Made by a program: the position numbers and the translations under genes. Shown here one piece after another: positions 10,272 to 22,468 of a DNA stretch of 64,000 bases. Numbering within the stretch: position 1 is the first letter of the stretch; each line of letters opens with the position of its first letter. Below the pieces are notes generated by a model, which made no database searches, was not told the DNA's origin, and was given only the letters and a program-made list of their open reading frames with translations. The stretch covers positions 16,244-80,243 of the forward strand of contig DAOSEM010000006.1 in assembly GCA_035363115.1 (NCBI GenBank). Reading direction: 5' to 3'. The DNA is from Syntrophales bacterium (GTDB lineage Bacteria; Desulfobacterota; Syntrophia; Syntrophales; PHBD01).

Positions 10272-10760
10272 TCAGGGGGTGCGGTTACATATTTCAACAA
10301 GTTCATTTTTGCAAGGGATTTCCTCTTGTGCGTCGATCTCGATCCGCCGCGTCTCGTCGTCTACATAGGAGAGGAAAATCCAGAGCGCTCCCTCCGGGAC
10401 GGCCTCGCGGATCTTCTCGGCCCACTCGATGACGACCACCCCCCGCCCCTCGGAAAACTCGTCGAAACCGAGGTCGTACAGGTCCGCCCGCCCGGCCAGG
10501 CGATAAACATCGACGTGGTACAGGGGCAGGCGCCCCGGGTATTCGTTCACCAGCGTGAAGGTGGGGCTGGTGATGCGGTAATCCGCGGATACGTCCAGCC
10601 CCTCGGCGATTCCCTGGGTCAGGCAGGTCTTGCCCGTCCCCAGTTCCCCCGCCAGGGCCACCACGTCGCCGGCCTTCAGGATCCCGCCGAGCACCCGTCC
10701 CAGGGCCCGGGTCATGCCGGCGCTCTTCGTTTCCAGGATCAGCGTTTCATTCCCGGACAT
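10272..10760 (-). CDS. tsaE: tRNA t6A37 biosynthesis ATPase TsaE
   Basis: 162 aa with the GELGTGKTCLTQGIAEGL P-loop and SPTFTLVNEY motif. Confidence 0.88.
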   Translation of the reverse strand: MSGNETLILETKSAGMTRALGRVLGGILKAGDVVALAGELGTGKTCLTQGIAEGLDVSADYRITSPTFTLVNEYPGRLPLYHVDVYRLAGRADLYDLGFDEFSEGRGVVVIEWAEKIREAVPEGALWIFLSYVDDETRRIEIDAQEEIPCKNELVEICNRTP

Positions 10761-11166
10761 GGCTCTTCTTCTCCGTCGGCCTTGTCGCTTCCGTCTCCAG
10801 GATCACCACGGCCGCCGCGTGATCCGCCGTGTGGGTCAGGCTCAGGTGGACCGCTGTAATGCCCCGCTCTCTCAGCATGGAGGCGGCCTTCCCGTGCAGC
10901 ACGAGGACCGGCTTGCCGCGCCGGTCCCGGGAAACTTCGATCTCCCGCAGGTGCACGCCCATCCCCAGGCCGATGCCCAGGCTCTTCAGGAAGGACTCCT
11001 TGGCGGCGAAACGGGCCGCGTAATGGATGGCCGGGCGGGCCTTGGCTCCACAATAGGCGGCCTCCCCGGGGGCGAAGAACCGGCCGGTGAAGCGGTCCCC
11101 CCATTTCTGGAGGAGCCGGTCGATGCGCCGGACCTCCACCAGGTCGATGCCCGTACCGGCAATCAC
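10747..11166 (-). CDS. acpS: Holo-[acyl-carrier-protein] synthase
   Basis: (V/M)IAGTGIDLVEVRRI...FAAKESFLKSLG...ISLTHT pattern. GTG start at 11164-11166 overlaps the folP stop. Confidence 0.88.
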   Translation of the reverse strand: MIAGTGIDLVEVRRIDRLLQKWGDRFTGRFFAPGEAAYCGAKARPAIHYAARFAAKESFLKSLGIGLGMGVHLREIEVSRDRRGKPVLVLHGKAASMLRERGITAVHLSLTHTADHAAAVVILETEATRPTEKKSHVRE

Positions 11167-12398
11167 GTAGCCCCCTCCGGCGCCTCCGCTTCACCTCCCC
11201 GGCGGACCGCATCGGCGACGGCGGCGACCTTCTTCATGGCCTTCACGTCATGAACCCGGATCATGGCGGCCCCGTTCAGGATGGCCGCCGTGACGGCGGC
11301 GGCGGTTCCCGGGAGCCGCTCCGCCGGGGGGTCACCCCCGGTTGCCCGGCCGATGGAGGCCTTCCGGGACACCCCCACCAGGATCGGCCTGCCGAGGGAC
11401 CGGAATTCTTCCAGGTGGCGGAGCATCCGCCAGTTGTCGCGGTCGCTCTTGCCGAAGCCGAACCCCGGATCCACCAGGATCCGCTCTTCCGGGACACCCG
11501 CCGCGGAGGCCGCCTCCATTCGCTCCTCAAGGAAGGCGATCATGTCCCCCGGCACCGAGCCATAGGGAACGTATTCGGACTGCATGATGCGGGGCACACC
11601 GCGGATGTGCATGAGCGACACGGCAGCACCGGTCTCCGCCACAACCCCGGCCATATCATGGTCGAAGGTCATGGCGCTGACGTCGTTGACCATCGCCGCG
11701 CCGGCCTCGACGGCCCGCCGGGCCACCTGCGCCTTCGTGGTGTCCACCGACAGGGGGACGGGGAGCTGCCGCGCCAGGGTCTCGACGACGGGAATCACCC
11801 GCCGGAGCTCCTCGTCCAGGGAAACGGGATCCGATCCCGGCCGGGTCGATTCCCCGCCGACATCGATCCAATCCGCCCCCTCTTCCACCATCTGCAGTGC
11901 CCGGGCCACGGCCTGATCCGGAGCCAGGCAGAGGCCGCCGTCGGAGAAGGAGTCGGGGGTGACGTTCAGGATGCCCATGACAAGGGTCCGCTCCCCCAGG
12001 GCCATCTCCCACTTTCCCGCCCTGAGTACGTGTCGGTCCCGGAAGTGCCGCCCCAGGAGCGACGGGATTGCTTCCGCCAGCGTCTTCAGGCCGAAGGGCT
12101 GGAAGGCCATTTTTTCCGCGAACCGCCGGAGCTGCTTGACCGTGCCCATGAGGACCACATCGGTGAAAGGCAGGCTGCAGGCAACGGTTCCCCGGGCCAC
12201 CGCCGCGTCGCCGCCCGCGGAAAGCATCTCCTGCTTGAGGATGTTGGCGTCCCGGCAGGACACCTTTTCCAGGAGAACGGCCAGCCCGGCCATTTTGGGC
12301 GCCATCGCATCGATCCCCCAAGGGTCACAGCCGGTGCGCCGGAGGATCTCCCGGGCGTCCGCGGGGGTCGGACAGTGGAGCATTCTGGGATTCCGCAT
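11163..12398 (-). CDS. folP: Dihydropteroate synthase with a ~138-aa N-terminal extra domain
   Basis: The pterin-binding core is MGILNVTPDSFSDGG...DVGGESTRPG...VNDVS...GFGFGK. The start is uncertain; I chose the ATG at 12396-12398 (MRNPRMLHC), while the track start is 12533. Confidence 0.85.
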   Translation of the reverse strand: MRNPRMLHCPTPADAREILRRTGCDPWGIDAMAPKMAGLAVLLEKVSCRDANILKQEMLSAGGDAAVARGTVACSLPFTDVVLMGTVKQLRRFAEKMAFQPFGLKTLAEAIPSLLGRHFRDRHVLRAGKWEMALGERTLVMGILNVTPDSFSDGGLCLAPDQAVARALQMVEEGADWIDVGGESTRPGSDPVSLDEELRRVIPVVETLARQLPVPLSVDTTKAQVARRAVEAGAAMVNDVSAMTFDHDMAGVVAETGAAVSLMHIRGVPRIMQSEYVPYGSVPGDMIAFLEERMEAASAAGVPEERILVDPGFGFGKSDRDNWRMLRHLEEFRSLGRPILVGVSRKASIGRATGGDPPAERLPGTAAAVTAAILNGAAMIRVHDVKAMKKVAAVADAVRRGGEAEAPEGAT

Positions 12399-12557
12399 AC
12401 GTTTCACCCGCCGCGGGCCGTCCGGAAACGGCCTGCAGGTCTCACAGGCTGGTTTCTTCCGGGAATTCCTTGGGACAACGGAAATGGAGCGGCGCCACCG
12501 CTCCGGCTCGGGCGCAAAGGCCCGCCGCCTCACTTCGTGCGTCCGGCCGGAACGGGA

Positions 12558-14384
<1,827 letters not shown>

Positions 14385-14490
14385 AGGGTTCGTTCCTCTC
14401 TTGCCGTTTCCGGCCTTGGGAAAAGTGTGGATGCGCCACAAGGACGCATCCCTGAATTTGCCCCTTCCTTACAATAACCGTTTCGCCATT

Positions 14491-15903
14491 TCAAACACTT
14501 TGCGACGGCGCCTCCTCCCGGGGTGTCTCCTCGATTTCCACCCGGAGGACGCGGAGCGTGTCCACCGTCACGAGGGCCCGGTCACCGCGGCAGACGCCCG
14601 CCACCCAGAGGATCCCTCCTCGATCTTCAAGAACCGGCAGGATGGATCGCCGGGACCGAGGAGTCTTCCGGTCGGTGAAAATGTCCTGCAGCTTTTTCGT
14701 TCCACCGAGCCCCAGGGGGCGGATGCGATCCCCCGGACGGGCGGACCGGACTGTCAGCGGAAAGGCAAGCCTGTCCGCATCGAACAGCGCGACCCGGCCG
14801 GTTCCCATCCCCCATGGAGGCTCGACCTGGGACACTTCGAGGCGGCATCCCGCCTCGGGAATGGCGGTCCGTCCCGGCACGTCCACGGGATATTCGTATC
14901 CGGCGGTTTCCGGAACCCGGGTCAGGAGGATCAGCCGGCCGTATTCCCGGACGGCCGTGACACCGCCGGGAAGGTGGAGAGCCCCCTGGGGCCGGTCTCC
15001 CGCCGCCAGGGCCAGGACCGACTCCGCGTGACCGTACCCGACCCTCCGGCCGGGGGCCAGGGCGTCCAGGAGCGCCTTCACCACCCGGAACCGGACCGCT
15101 TCGTGCAGGCCCGCCAGGCCGTCCAAGGGCACCTCGATCCGGGAACCCGTCCGGGCCGGGACAAGCCGCCCCAGGACCTCCCGGACCGTCTCCTCCAGGA
15201 AATCGTTCTCCCGGCGGGCGATGTCCGCCAGCCGGGCCAGCCCCTCCTCCACCCGGATATTGTACTGGGACGAGAGGTGTGGCAGGAGGTCCTGCCGGAG
15301 CCGGTTCCGGAAAAACCGCTGGTCCCGGTTCGTCGCGTCCTCCCGGAAGGACAGCCCTTCTCTCTTCAGGAACTCCGCGATCTCCCGCCGGGATGCATAA
15401 AGAAGCGGCCGCACGAAGAGGCAGTCCCGGACAGGCAGCATTCCCTTCAGGCCATCGAGGCCGGTTCCCCGGACCATGTTCATGAGCACCGTCTCCGCCT
15501 GGTCCCCGCGGTTGTGGCCCAGGGCGATGCGGCCGGCGCCCGCGTTTTCGGCGGCTTCCCGGAGAAAATCATAGCGGGCGTCCCGGGCCGCCTCCTCGAG
15601 GGACTTCCCGTCCCGGTCCCGCAGGGCCCCCTGCTCCAGGCGGCGGCAGGCCAGGGGCACGCGCAGCCGGTCCGCCAGGGACTGGACGAAAGCCTCGTCC
15701 CGGTTCGCCTCCTCGCCGCGGAGACCGTGATTCAAGTGGGCCGCCGACAGGACCCACTTCCGGCCGGAGGCCAGGCGGCAGAGCACCTCCAGGAGGGCCG
15801 CCGAATCGGCCCCGCCGGAGACGGCCGCAAGGACCCGCTCCCCTTCCCCGATCATGGAGAAGCGGTCGATGGTCCGGGAAATCCTGCGCAGGAACGGGTC
15901 CAT
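14491..15903 (-). CDS. tilS: tRNA(Ile)-lysidine synthetase
   Basis: 470 aa with the AVSGGADSAALL PP-loop and LNHGLRGEEA motif. Confidence 0.9.
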   Translation of the reverse strand: MDPFLRRISRTIDRFSMIGEGERVLAAVSGGADSAALLEVLCRLASGRKWVLSAAHLNHGLRGEEANRDEAFVQSLADRLRVPLACRRLEQGALRDRDGKSLEEAARDARYDFLREAAENAGAGRIALGHNRGDQAETVLMNMVRGTGLDGLKGMLPVRDCLFVRPLLYASRREIAEFLKREGLSFREDATNRDQRFFRNRLRQDLLPHLSSQYNIRVEEGLARLADIARRENDFLEETVREVLGRLVPARTGSRIEVPLDGLAGLHEAVRFRVVKALLDALAPGRRVGYGHAESVLALAAGDRPQGALHLPGGVTAVREYGRLILLTRVPETAGYEYPVDVPGRTAIPEAGCRLEVSQVEPPWGMGTGRVALFDADRLAFPLTVRSARPGDRIRPLGLGGTKKLQDIFTDRKTPRSRRSILPVLEDRGGILWVAGVCRGDRALVTVDTLRVLRVEIEETPREEAPSQSV

Positions 15904-15946
15904 GCCTTGTCCTTGTTGCGGCGGATCGGGGCCGGCGCCGCGGGTC

Positions 15947-16597
15947 TCAGCGGATCAGCGTCACGAGCTCCGCCGGATCCTCGTACGTGCGGTCGGGACG
16001 GAGGGCCAGGAGTTTCTCCCGGGGCGTGAGCCCCTTCAGGTACGCACAGCTCAAGGCACCGCCGTTTTGAGCCAGGAGCACGTCGTTGACGCCGTCTCCG
16101 ATCACGGCGGTCCGGCCGGGGGAAACGCCGAACCGCCGGGTCACCAGGTCCAGCAGGCGGGGGTCCGGCTTGATGAAGGGGGTGCTGTCGGCGCCGATCA
16201 CCTCGTCGAAATGCCCCGTCAGGCCCAGGGCCTCGGCGATGGGCAGCGCGAAGGAATGGCGCTTGTTCGTCAGGATCACCTTGCGCTTGCCCGCGAAGTG
16301 GCGGAGCGCCTCCTCGATGCCGGGGTACGGGCGGGTCGTGTCCAGCATGTGCTCCCGGTAATGGGTGCCGAAATACTCGAGGGCCTCGTCGAAGCGTCCG
16401 CCGTCCAACCCGCCCAGGCTGCGCTCGATCAGCACGCGCACCCCGTCGCCGACGAACCGGAGGATCTCCTCAACGGGCCGCTCAGGCAGGCTCAGGCGCC
16501 GCAGGGTTGCGTTCACCGATGCCGCAATGTCTCCCCCGGAAGACACGAGTGTGCCGTCGAGGTCAAAAATCAAAAGGTCCGCTTCCATGGTTCGCAT
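15947..16597 (-). CDS. HAD-superfamily hydrolase (phosphoglycolate phosphatase-like)
   Basis: LLIFDLDGTLVSS motif I, ILTNK motif II and GDGVNDV motif IV. Confidence 0.85.
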   Translation of the reverse strand: MRTMEADLLIFDLDGTLVSSGGDIAASVNATLRRLSLPERPVEEILRFVGDGVRVLIERSLGGLDGGRFDEALEYFGTHYREHMLDTTRPYPGIEEALRHFAGKRKVILTNKRHSFALPIAEALGLTGHFDEVIGADSTPFIKPDPRLLDLVTRRFGVSPGRTAVIGDGVNDVLLAQNGGALSCAYLKGLTPREKLLALRPDRTYEDPAELVTLIR

Positions 16598-16652
16598 ATC
16601 TCTCCCGCGGGGAAACCGGCGGAAACCGGTCCCCCTCCTTTCCTTTCGTTTG

Positions 16653-19115
16653 TCACCCGACCCGGGCCAGTTCTAGCCGGCCGTGCCAGCGCTTCAGGAG
16701 CACCTCCTTCAGGAGGGCGTGCTCCGGCCTCACCAGCGCCGGATCCCGTTCGGCCAGCGCAAAGGCGTCGGCTCGCGCCTCCGCCAGGATCCTCCCGTCC
16801 CGGACGATGTCGGCCACCCGGAAGTCCGGGAGGCCCGACTGCCGCGTCCCCAGGAACTCGCCGGGCCCCCGGATCGCAAGGTCCTCCTCGGCGATCCGGA
16901 ATCCGTCCTGGGTCTCCTCCATCACCCGGAGCCGGCGGCGGGCGTCGGGGGAGCCGGCGTGCCCCGCCAGAAGGATGCAGAGCGACTCCGCCTCCCCCCG
17001 TCCCACCCGTCCGCGGAGCTGGTGGAGCTGGGAGAGGCCGAAGCGCTCGGCATGCTCGATCACCATCACCGAGGCCTCCGGGATGTCGATCCCCACCTCG
17101 ATGACCGTCGTGGAGACGAGAATGTGGATGCTCCCGGCGGCGAAATCCGCCATGACGGCGTCCTTTTCGGTTCCCTTCATCCGCCCCGTGACCAGGCCCA
17201 CCCTGTATTCCGGGAAGATCTCCGCCTGCAGGTGCCCGGCCATGCGGGTGGCGTCCTTGAGGTCCAGGGCCTCCGACTCCTCCACGAGGGGATAGACGAT
17301 GAAGGCCTGGTTCCCCTTCCGGATCTCCCGCCGGATCGCATCGTAGACCCGGGCGCGGTGATGCTCATACACGACGCGGGTATCCACGGGCTTCTTCCCC
17401 GGCGGCATCTCGTCCAGCACCGATACGTCGAGATCGCCATAGACCGTCATGGCCAGGGTCCGGGGGATCGGGGTGGCCGTCATCACCAGGACGTCCGGGT
17501 TGCCCCCCTTGTCCCGGAGGGTGGCCCGCTGGAGGACGCCAAACCGGTGCTGCTCGTCGATCACCACCATGCCCAGCCGCCGGTACTCCACGCCCTCCTG
17601 GATCAGGGCATGGGTCCCGACCACAACCTGCACCTCCCCCCGGGCGACCGCCTCCAGGGTTTCCTTCCGGTCGTTTCCTTTCCGTCCGCCTGAGAGGAAC
17701 CCCGCCCGGAGGCCGAGGTCCCCGGCCCACCGCTCGATGTTGCGGAAGTGCTGCCGGGCGAGGATCTCCGTCGGGGCCATGAAGGCGCCCTGGAAACCGT
17801 TTTCACAGGCCGCCACGATGGCCGCAAAGGCAACCACGGTCTTGCCGGAGCAGACGTCTCCCTGGAGCAGGCGGTTCATCCGGTGCGGCCGCTCCATGTC
17901 GCCGGCGATCTCGCCCAGGACCCTCTTCTGCGCCATGGTGAGACGGAACGGAAGCCCGTTCAGGAACCGCTTCACCAGCGGACCGCCGGTCCGGAAGGCG
18001 ATGCCCTCCTCGATGGCCTGGCCGCGCCGGCGCAGGGCCATTCCAAGCTGCAGGAAGAAGAATTCGTCGTAGATCAGTCGCCGGTGGGCCGGGGAGGCAA
18101 ACCGGTTCAGGTCGTCCGGGTCGGACTCCGGCCCCGGAAAGTGAACCTCCCGGACGGCCTCAACCATCGCCGGAAGGCGGCGGCTCTGCAGGATGAAAGG
18201 CGGGATCGGGCTGATCAGGTGGCCCGCATACTCCTCCAGGACCTCAGCCAGGATCCGCCGCAGGACCTTCTGGTAGAGCCCCTCCGTCTCGGAATAGACG
18301 GGGACGATCCGCCGGAAATGGAGGCTGTCGGTCCCCTCCTCTTCGTCGATGACCTCGTAGTCGGGGTGGATCATCTCCTTGCCCCCCAGGAAGCCGCGGA
18401 CCTCGCCCGTGAGGATGACCGTTCCCCCCTCCCGGAAAACCCGCTTGAGGTAGGCCGATCCGCCCCGGAACCACTTGCACAGGAGCGTCCCCGTCCCGTC
18501 CTCCACGGCGGCCTCGAAGACGCGCCGGCGTCCGTACTGGCGGAACCCGGCGGCGGTGACCCTCCCCACCACGGTTTCCCGGCGGCCGAAGATCGCCGCG
18601 GCGATTTTGCGGATTTCCCGCCGGTCCTCGTAGCGCCGCGGCAGGAAGTAGAGCAGGTCCTCCACCGTGACGAGACCCTTCTTTTCGAGGAGGGATGAGA
18701 TTCGGGGGCCGACGCCCCGGACATAGCGGGCGGGGGTGGACAACTGGTAGAGGGACAGCCGGACATCCTCCGTCCCGGGCAGGGCGGGCGTCGCATCGGG
18801 GGCTGCGGCCGTGCGGCGGGGGATCCAGCGCCGGATTTCGTCGAGGAGCCGCACGGCCCGGACGATGCGCCCCTTCTTCTCTTCGTCCGGCAGCGCGTCA
18901 TACCCGCGGAAGATCTCCCCGAACTCGTCCAGGAGGCCCGAGGGCGGCGGCTGTCCGGGGGAGACGGACTCCCAGTCCTTTCCCTTCAGCGCCGCCACAT
19001 GGCCCGCCATGAGCGGCTCCAGGTCGCGCAGCGCGGACACGTGCCGGTATCCCTCCCGGGAGGCGAACCGGAGCGGGCTTTCCATGCGCTGGAGGATTTC
19101 TTCCACGGATTCCAT
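16653..19115 (-). CDS. recG: ATP-dependent DNA helicase RecG (with long N-terminal extension)
   Basis: LLQGDVCSGKT Walker A, VIDEQHRFG DEQH box and QLHQLRGRVGRG motif VI. The track start at 19133 is TTG; the first ATG is at 19113-19115 (MESVEEIL). Confidence 0.9.
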   Translation of the reverse strand: MESVEEILQRMESPLRFASREGYRHVSALRDLEPLMAGHVAALKGKDWESVSPGQPPPSGLLDEFGEIFRGYDALPDEEKKGRIVRAVRLLDEIRRWIPRRTAAAPDATPALPGTEDVRLSLYQLSTPARYVRGVGPRISSLLEKKGLVTVEDLLYFLPRRYEDRREIRKIAAAIFGRRETVVGRVTAAGFRQYGRRRVFEAAVEDGTGTLLCKWFRGGSAYLKRVFREGGTVILTGEVRGFLGGKEMIHPDYEVIDEEEGTDSLHFRRIVPVYSETEGLYQKVLRRILAEVLEEYAGHLISPIPPFILQSRRLPAMVEAVREVHFPGPESDPDDLNRFASPAHRRLIYDEFFFLQLGMALRRRGQAIEEGIAFRTGGPLVKRFLNGLPFRLTMAQKRVLGEIAGDMERPHRMNRLLQGDVCSGKTVVAFAAIVAACENGFQGAFMAPTEILARQHFRNIERWAGDLGLRAGFLSGGRKGNDRKETLEAVARGEVQVVVGTHALIQEGVEYRRLGMVVIDEQHRFGVLQRATLRDKGGNPDVLVMTATPIPRTLAMTVYGDLDVSVLDEMPPGKKPVDTRVVYEHHRARVYDAIRREIRKGNQAFIVYPLVEESEALDLKDATRMAGHLQAEIFPEYRVGLVTGRMKGTEKDAVMADFAAGSIHILVSTTVIEVGIDIPEASVMVIEHAERFGLSQLHQLRGRVGRGEAESLCILLAGHAGSPDARRRLRVMEETQDGFRIAEEDLAIRGPGEFLGTRQSGLPDFRVADIVRDGRILAEARADAFALAERDPALVRPEHALLKEVLLKRWHGRLELARVG

Positions 19116-19222
19116 GATTCCCGTGGATATCAAAAGGGGAACCGCACCTCAAGGGAGAATCCGGGCTGATTGACTTTTCAGCGGTTTCACGCTACACAGG
19201 ACGGCATTTCCAGGGGGTGCGC

Positions 19223-20272
19223 ATGTCCAATTCAGCAACGTATCGTGAGGCCGGTGTCGACATCGACAAGGCCAATCTTTTTGTAGACCGGATCAAGCCA
19301 GTCGTCCGGAACACCTTCCGGAAGGAGGTCATGAGCGGCATCGGGGGATTCGGGGCCCTCTTCCGGATGGACCTGACCCGCTGGCGCAAGCCCATTCTCG
19401 TGTCCTCCACCGACGGGGTCGGGACCAAGCTCCGCATCGCGCACTGGATGAACCGGCACGATACCATCGGCATCGACCTCGTGGCCATGTCCGTCAACGA
19501 TGTCCTCGTACAGGGTGCGGAGCCCCTGTTTTTCCTCGATTACCTGGCCACCGGCCGGATCGACGTGGAGACGAGCGTGAAGGTCGTCGAGGGAATCGCC
19601 CATGGATGCCAGGACGCGGGATGCGCCCTCATCGGCGGCGAGACCGCCGAGATGCCCGGGTTTTACGGCGACGGCGAATACGACTTGGCGGGGTTCTGCG
19701 TCGGCGCCGTCGAGGAGGACCGGCTGATCGACGGCTCCGAAGTCAGGGTGGGCGACGTCCTCATAGGGATCGCCTCGACGGGACTCCACAGCAACGGTTA
19801 CTCCCTGGCCCGCAGGGTCTTCTTCGACCGGCAGGGTCTGTCGGTCCAGGACCGGGTGGCCGGCCTCGAGGGAACCGTGGGCGAAGAGCTCCTGAAGCCG
19901 ACCCGGATCTATGTCAAGTCGGTCCTGAACGTCCTGAAGAACTTTCCGGTCCACGGTCTCGTCCACGTGACCGGCGGCGGCTTCTACGACAACATCCCCC
20001 GCATTGTCCGCGGCTCCATCCGGGCCGTCGTCCGGCGGGATTCCTGGATCATTCCCCCGATTTTCAGGGTTCTCCAGGAGCTGGGCCGGGTCGAGGAGGG
20101 GGAGATGTTCCGGGTCTTCAACATGGGCATCGGCATGATTCTCGTCGTGCCGGAGCAGGACGCGCCGGAGATCCTCAACCGGCTGCACCAGCTCGGCGAG
20201 ACGGCGTGGCCCATCGGCCACATCGACCGGCGGGAGGACGATCAGCCTCCGCTGGAAATGGTCTCCCCCTGA
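19223..20272 (+). CDS. purM: Phosphoribosylformylglycinamidine cyclo-ligase
   Basis: YREAGVDIDKAN...GIGGFGALF...DGVGTK...DYLA pattern. ATG at 19223 follows AGGGGG; the track start at 19217 is GTG. Confidence 0.93.
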   Translation: MSNSATYREAGVDIDKANLFVDRIKPVVRNTFRKEVMSGIGGFGALFRMDLTRWRKPILVSSTDGVGTKLRIAHWMNRHDTIGIDLVAMSVNDVLVQGAEPLFFLDYLATGRIDVETSVKVVEGIAHGCQDAGCALIGGETAEMPGFYGDGEYDLAGFCVGAVEEDRLIDGSEVRVGDVLIGIASTGLHSNGYSLARRVFFDRQGLSVQDRVAGLEGTVGEELLKPTRIYVKSVLNVLKNFPVHGLVHVTGGGFYDNIPRIVRGSIRAVVRRDSWIIPPIFRVLQELGRVEEGEMFRVFNMGIGMILVVPEQDAPEILNRLHQLGETAWPIGHIDRREDDQPPLEMVSP

Positions 20273-20357
20273 GGCGACTCTCCGCTCCCTCCGCCGGCAA
20301 GCCCGTCCGCTGTTCCGGGCCTCCCGGCGTCTTCGAGCGAACGAACGGTGAATCCAG

Positions 20358-21020
20358 ATGAATCAAGTGCCCATCGGCGTCCTGGTATCCGGAAGCGGCT
20401 CCAACCTGCAGTCCCTGATCGACCGCATCGAGGAGGGAACGCTGGACGCCCGGATCCGGATCGTCATCAGCAACAACCCGGACGCCTTTGCCCTGAAACG
20501 CTGTGAAAAGCACGGTATCCGGACGGCGGTCATCCGGCACGCCGACTATCCCGACCGGGAATCCTTCGACCGGAAAATGGCGGAGATCCTCAAGGCCAGC
20601 GGGGTGGAGCTGGTGGTCATGGCGGGGTTCATGCGCATCCTGTCCTCGTGGTTCCTCCGGGAATTCCCCCTGCGGATCATGAACATCCACCCGGCGCTGC
20701 TCCCGGCCTTTCCGGGACTGCACGTCCAGCGGCAGGCGGTTCTCCACGGGGTCAGGTTTTCCGGCTGCACGGTCCACTTCGCCGACGAGGGCGTCGACAC
20801 CGGCCCCATCATCATCCAGGCGGTCGTCCCCGTCCTCGACGACGACACGGAAGACACCCTGGCCGCGCGGATCCTCAGACAGGAGCACCGGATCTACCCG
20901 CAGGCCGTCCAGTTGTATGCCGAGGGAAGGCTCCGGATCGAAGGGCGGCGGGTCATCGTCGTCGACAATCCGGCCGGCGGCGACGAGGCCCTTCACAATC
21001 CTCCCGTCACGAATTTCTGA
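20358..21020 (+). CDS. purN: Phosphoribosylglycinamide formyltransferase
   Basis: IGVLVSGSGSNLQSLID...NIHPALLPAFPG...GCTVHFADEGVDTGPII. Confidence 0.93.
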   Translation: MNQVPIGVLVSGSGSNLQSLIDRIEEGTLDARIRIVISNNPDAFALKRCEKHGIRTAVIRHADYPDRESFDRKMAEILKASGVELVVMAGFMRILSSWFLREFPLRIMNIHPALLPAFPGLHVQRQAVLHGVRFSGCTVHFADEGVDTGPIIIQAVVPVLDDDTEDTLAARILRQEHRIYPQAVQLYAEGRLRIEGRRVIVVDNPAGGDEALHNPPVTNF

Positions 21021-21070
21021 ATACCGCTGCCGAGAAACGGCATCCGAGATTTCCAGAAGGAAAGGATTCC

Positions 21071-22387
21071 ATGAACGAGACAGGCTACGATTTCAGCATC
21101 ACAAACCTCGGTGAGCGCACGATTCCCTCCCCGGTCATCGCGAACTACTACACCCCGGATGACCGGCGGATCCTCTTCAATATCGATCCGCTGCACTTCG
21201 CCGAATGGAAGGCCCCGGACGGATCGCCCCTGTCCATGGAAGTTGCCGGCCCCCGGGAGAAGATCTTTTTCGATCCGTCGAAAACGAAGGTTGCCATTGT
21301 AACCTGCGGGGGACTCTGCCCCGGCATCAACGACGTCATCCGCGCCGTTGTGATGGAGCTCCATCACCGCTACGGCGTCCGCAATATTCAGGGAATCCGC
21401 TACGGATTCCAGGGCCTGATCCCGAAATACGGACATGCCATGCTGGACCTGACCCCGGATGTGGTCAAGGACATCCACACCCTGGGAGGGAGCTTCCTGT
21501 CGTCTTCCCGGGGTCTTCAGGATGTGTGCGAAATGGTCAACGCCCTCAAGCGCATGAACGTGGATATCCTGTTCTGCATCGGCGGCGACGGGACCATGCG
21601 GGCCGCGGAGCAGATCACCTGCGAGATCCTGAGCAGGCATCTGAACATCGGGGTCATCGGCATCCCCAAGACCATCGACAACGACCTTAACCTGATCCAG
21701 AAGACCTTCGGCTACGATACGGCCATTTCGGAGGCGGTCCGGGTCATTCAGTGCGCCCACGCGGAGGCCAAGGGAGCGCCCCTCGGCATCGGCCTGGTAA
21801 AACTCATGGGGCGCCTCTCCGGCCACATCGCCGTCGGGGCCGCATTGGCCCAGAACGAGGCCAACTTCGTCCTGATCCCGGAGGTGCCTTTCGACCTCGA
21901 TGGGGAAAGGGGCTTTTTGAGGGCTCTCGAACAGCGGCTCCGGGAACGCCAGCACTGTGTCATCCTCGTGGCCGAGGGCGCCGGTCAGGACCTGGTGCCC
22001 CACAGCGGGGAAGAACGGGCAACGGACGCATCGGGAAACATCCGCCTCCTGGACATCGGCCTGTTCCTGAAGGAGCGGATCGAGCGGTACTTCCAGGGCC
22101 TGGGGCAGGACATCAACCTGAAATACATCGACCCCAGCTACACCCTGCGGAGTGTTCCCGCCAGCGCCAGCGACAGCATCTACTGCGGCGCCCTGGGCCA
22201 GTACGCCGCCCATGCCGGCATGGCGGGCAAGACGGGCATGCTCGTGGGGCTCATGAAAGACGAATTCGTCCACCTGCCCCTGAAGGCCGTCACGTCGGGC
22301 AAACGGGTGGAACCGGCGGGAAACCTGTGGATGCGCGTCCTCGAATCGACGGGCCAGCCGCTGTCCATGAAGAACGTCCCGGCCTGA
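21071..22387 (+). CDS. pfk: 6-phosphofructokinase (long ATP/PPi-PFK family)
   Basis: The internal ATG at 21071 (MNETGYDF) lies within the longer track ORF. Motifs are TCGGLCPGINDVIRAV, CIGGDGT and GIPKTIDNDL. Confidence 0.9.
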   Translation: MNETGYDFSITNLGERTIPSPVIANYYTPDDRRILFNIDPLHFAEWKAPDGSPLSMEVAGPREKIFFDPSKTKVAIVTCGGLCPGINDVIRAVVMELHHRYGVRNIQGIRYGFQGLIPKYGHAMLDLTPDVVKDIHTLGGSFLSSSRGLQDVCEMVNALKRMNVDILFCIGGDGTMRAAEQITCEILSRHLNIGVIGIPKTIDNDLNLIQKTFGYDTAISEAVRVIQCAHAEAKGAPLGIGLVKLMGRLSGHIAVGAALAQNEANFVLIPEVPFDLDGERGFLRALEQRLRERQHCVILVAEGAGQDLVPHSGEERATDASGNIRLLDIGLFLKERIERYFQGLGQDINLKYIDPSYTLRSVPASASDSIYCGALGQYAAHAGMAGKTGMLVGLMKDEFVHLPLKAVTSGKRVEPAGNLWMRVLESTGQPLSMKNVPA

Positions 22388-22468
22388 AAGACGGGCCGGA
22401 TCCTTTTTCTCTGCGAAGCTGGGCGAAGCATCCCGACATCTTCCCGCGCCGCCGGCAGAACCACACGG

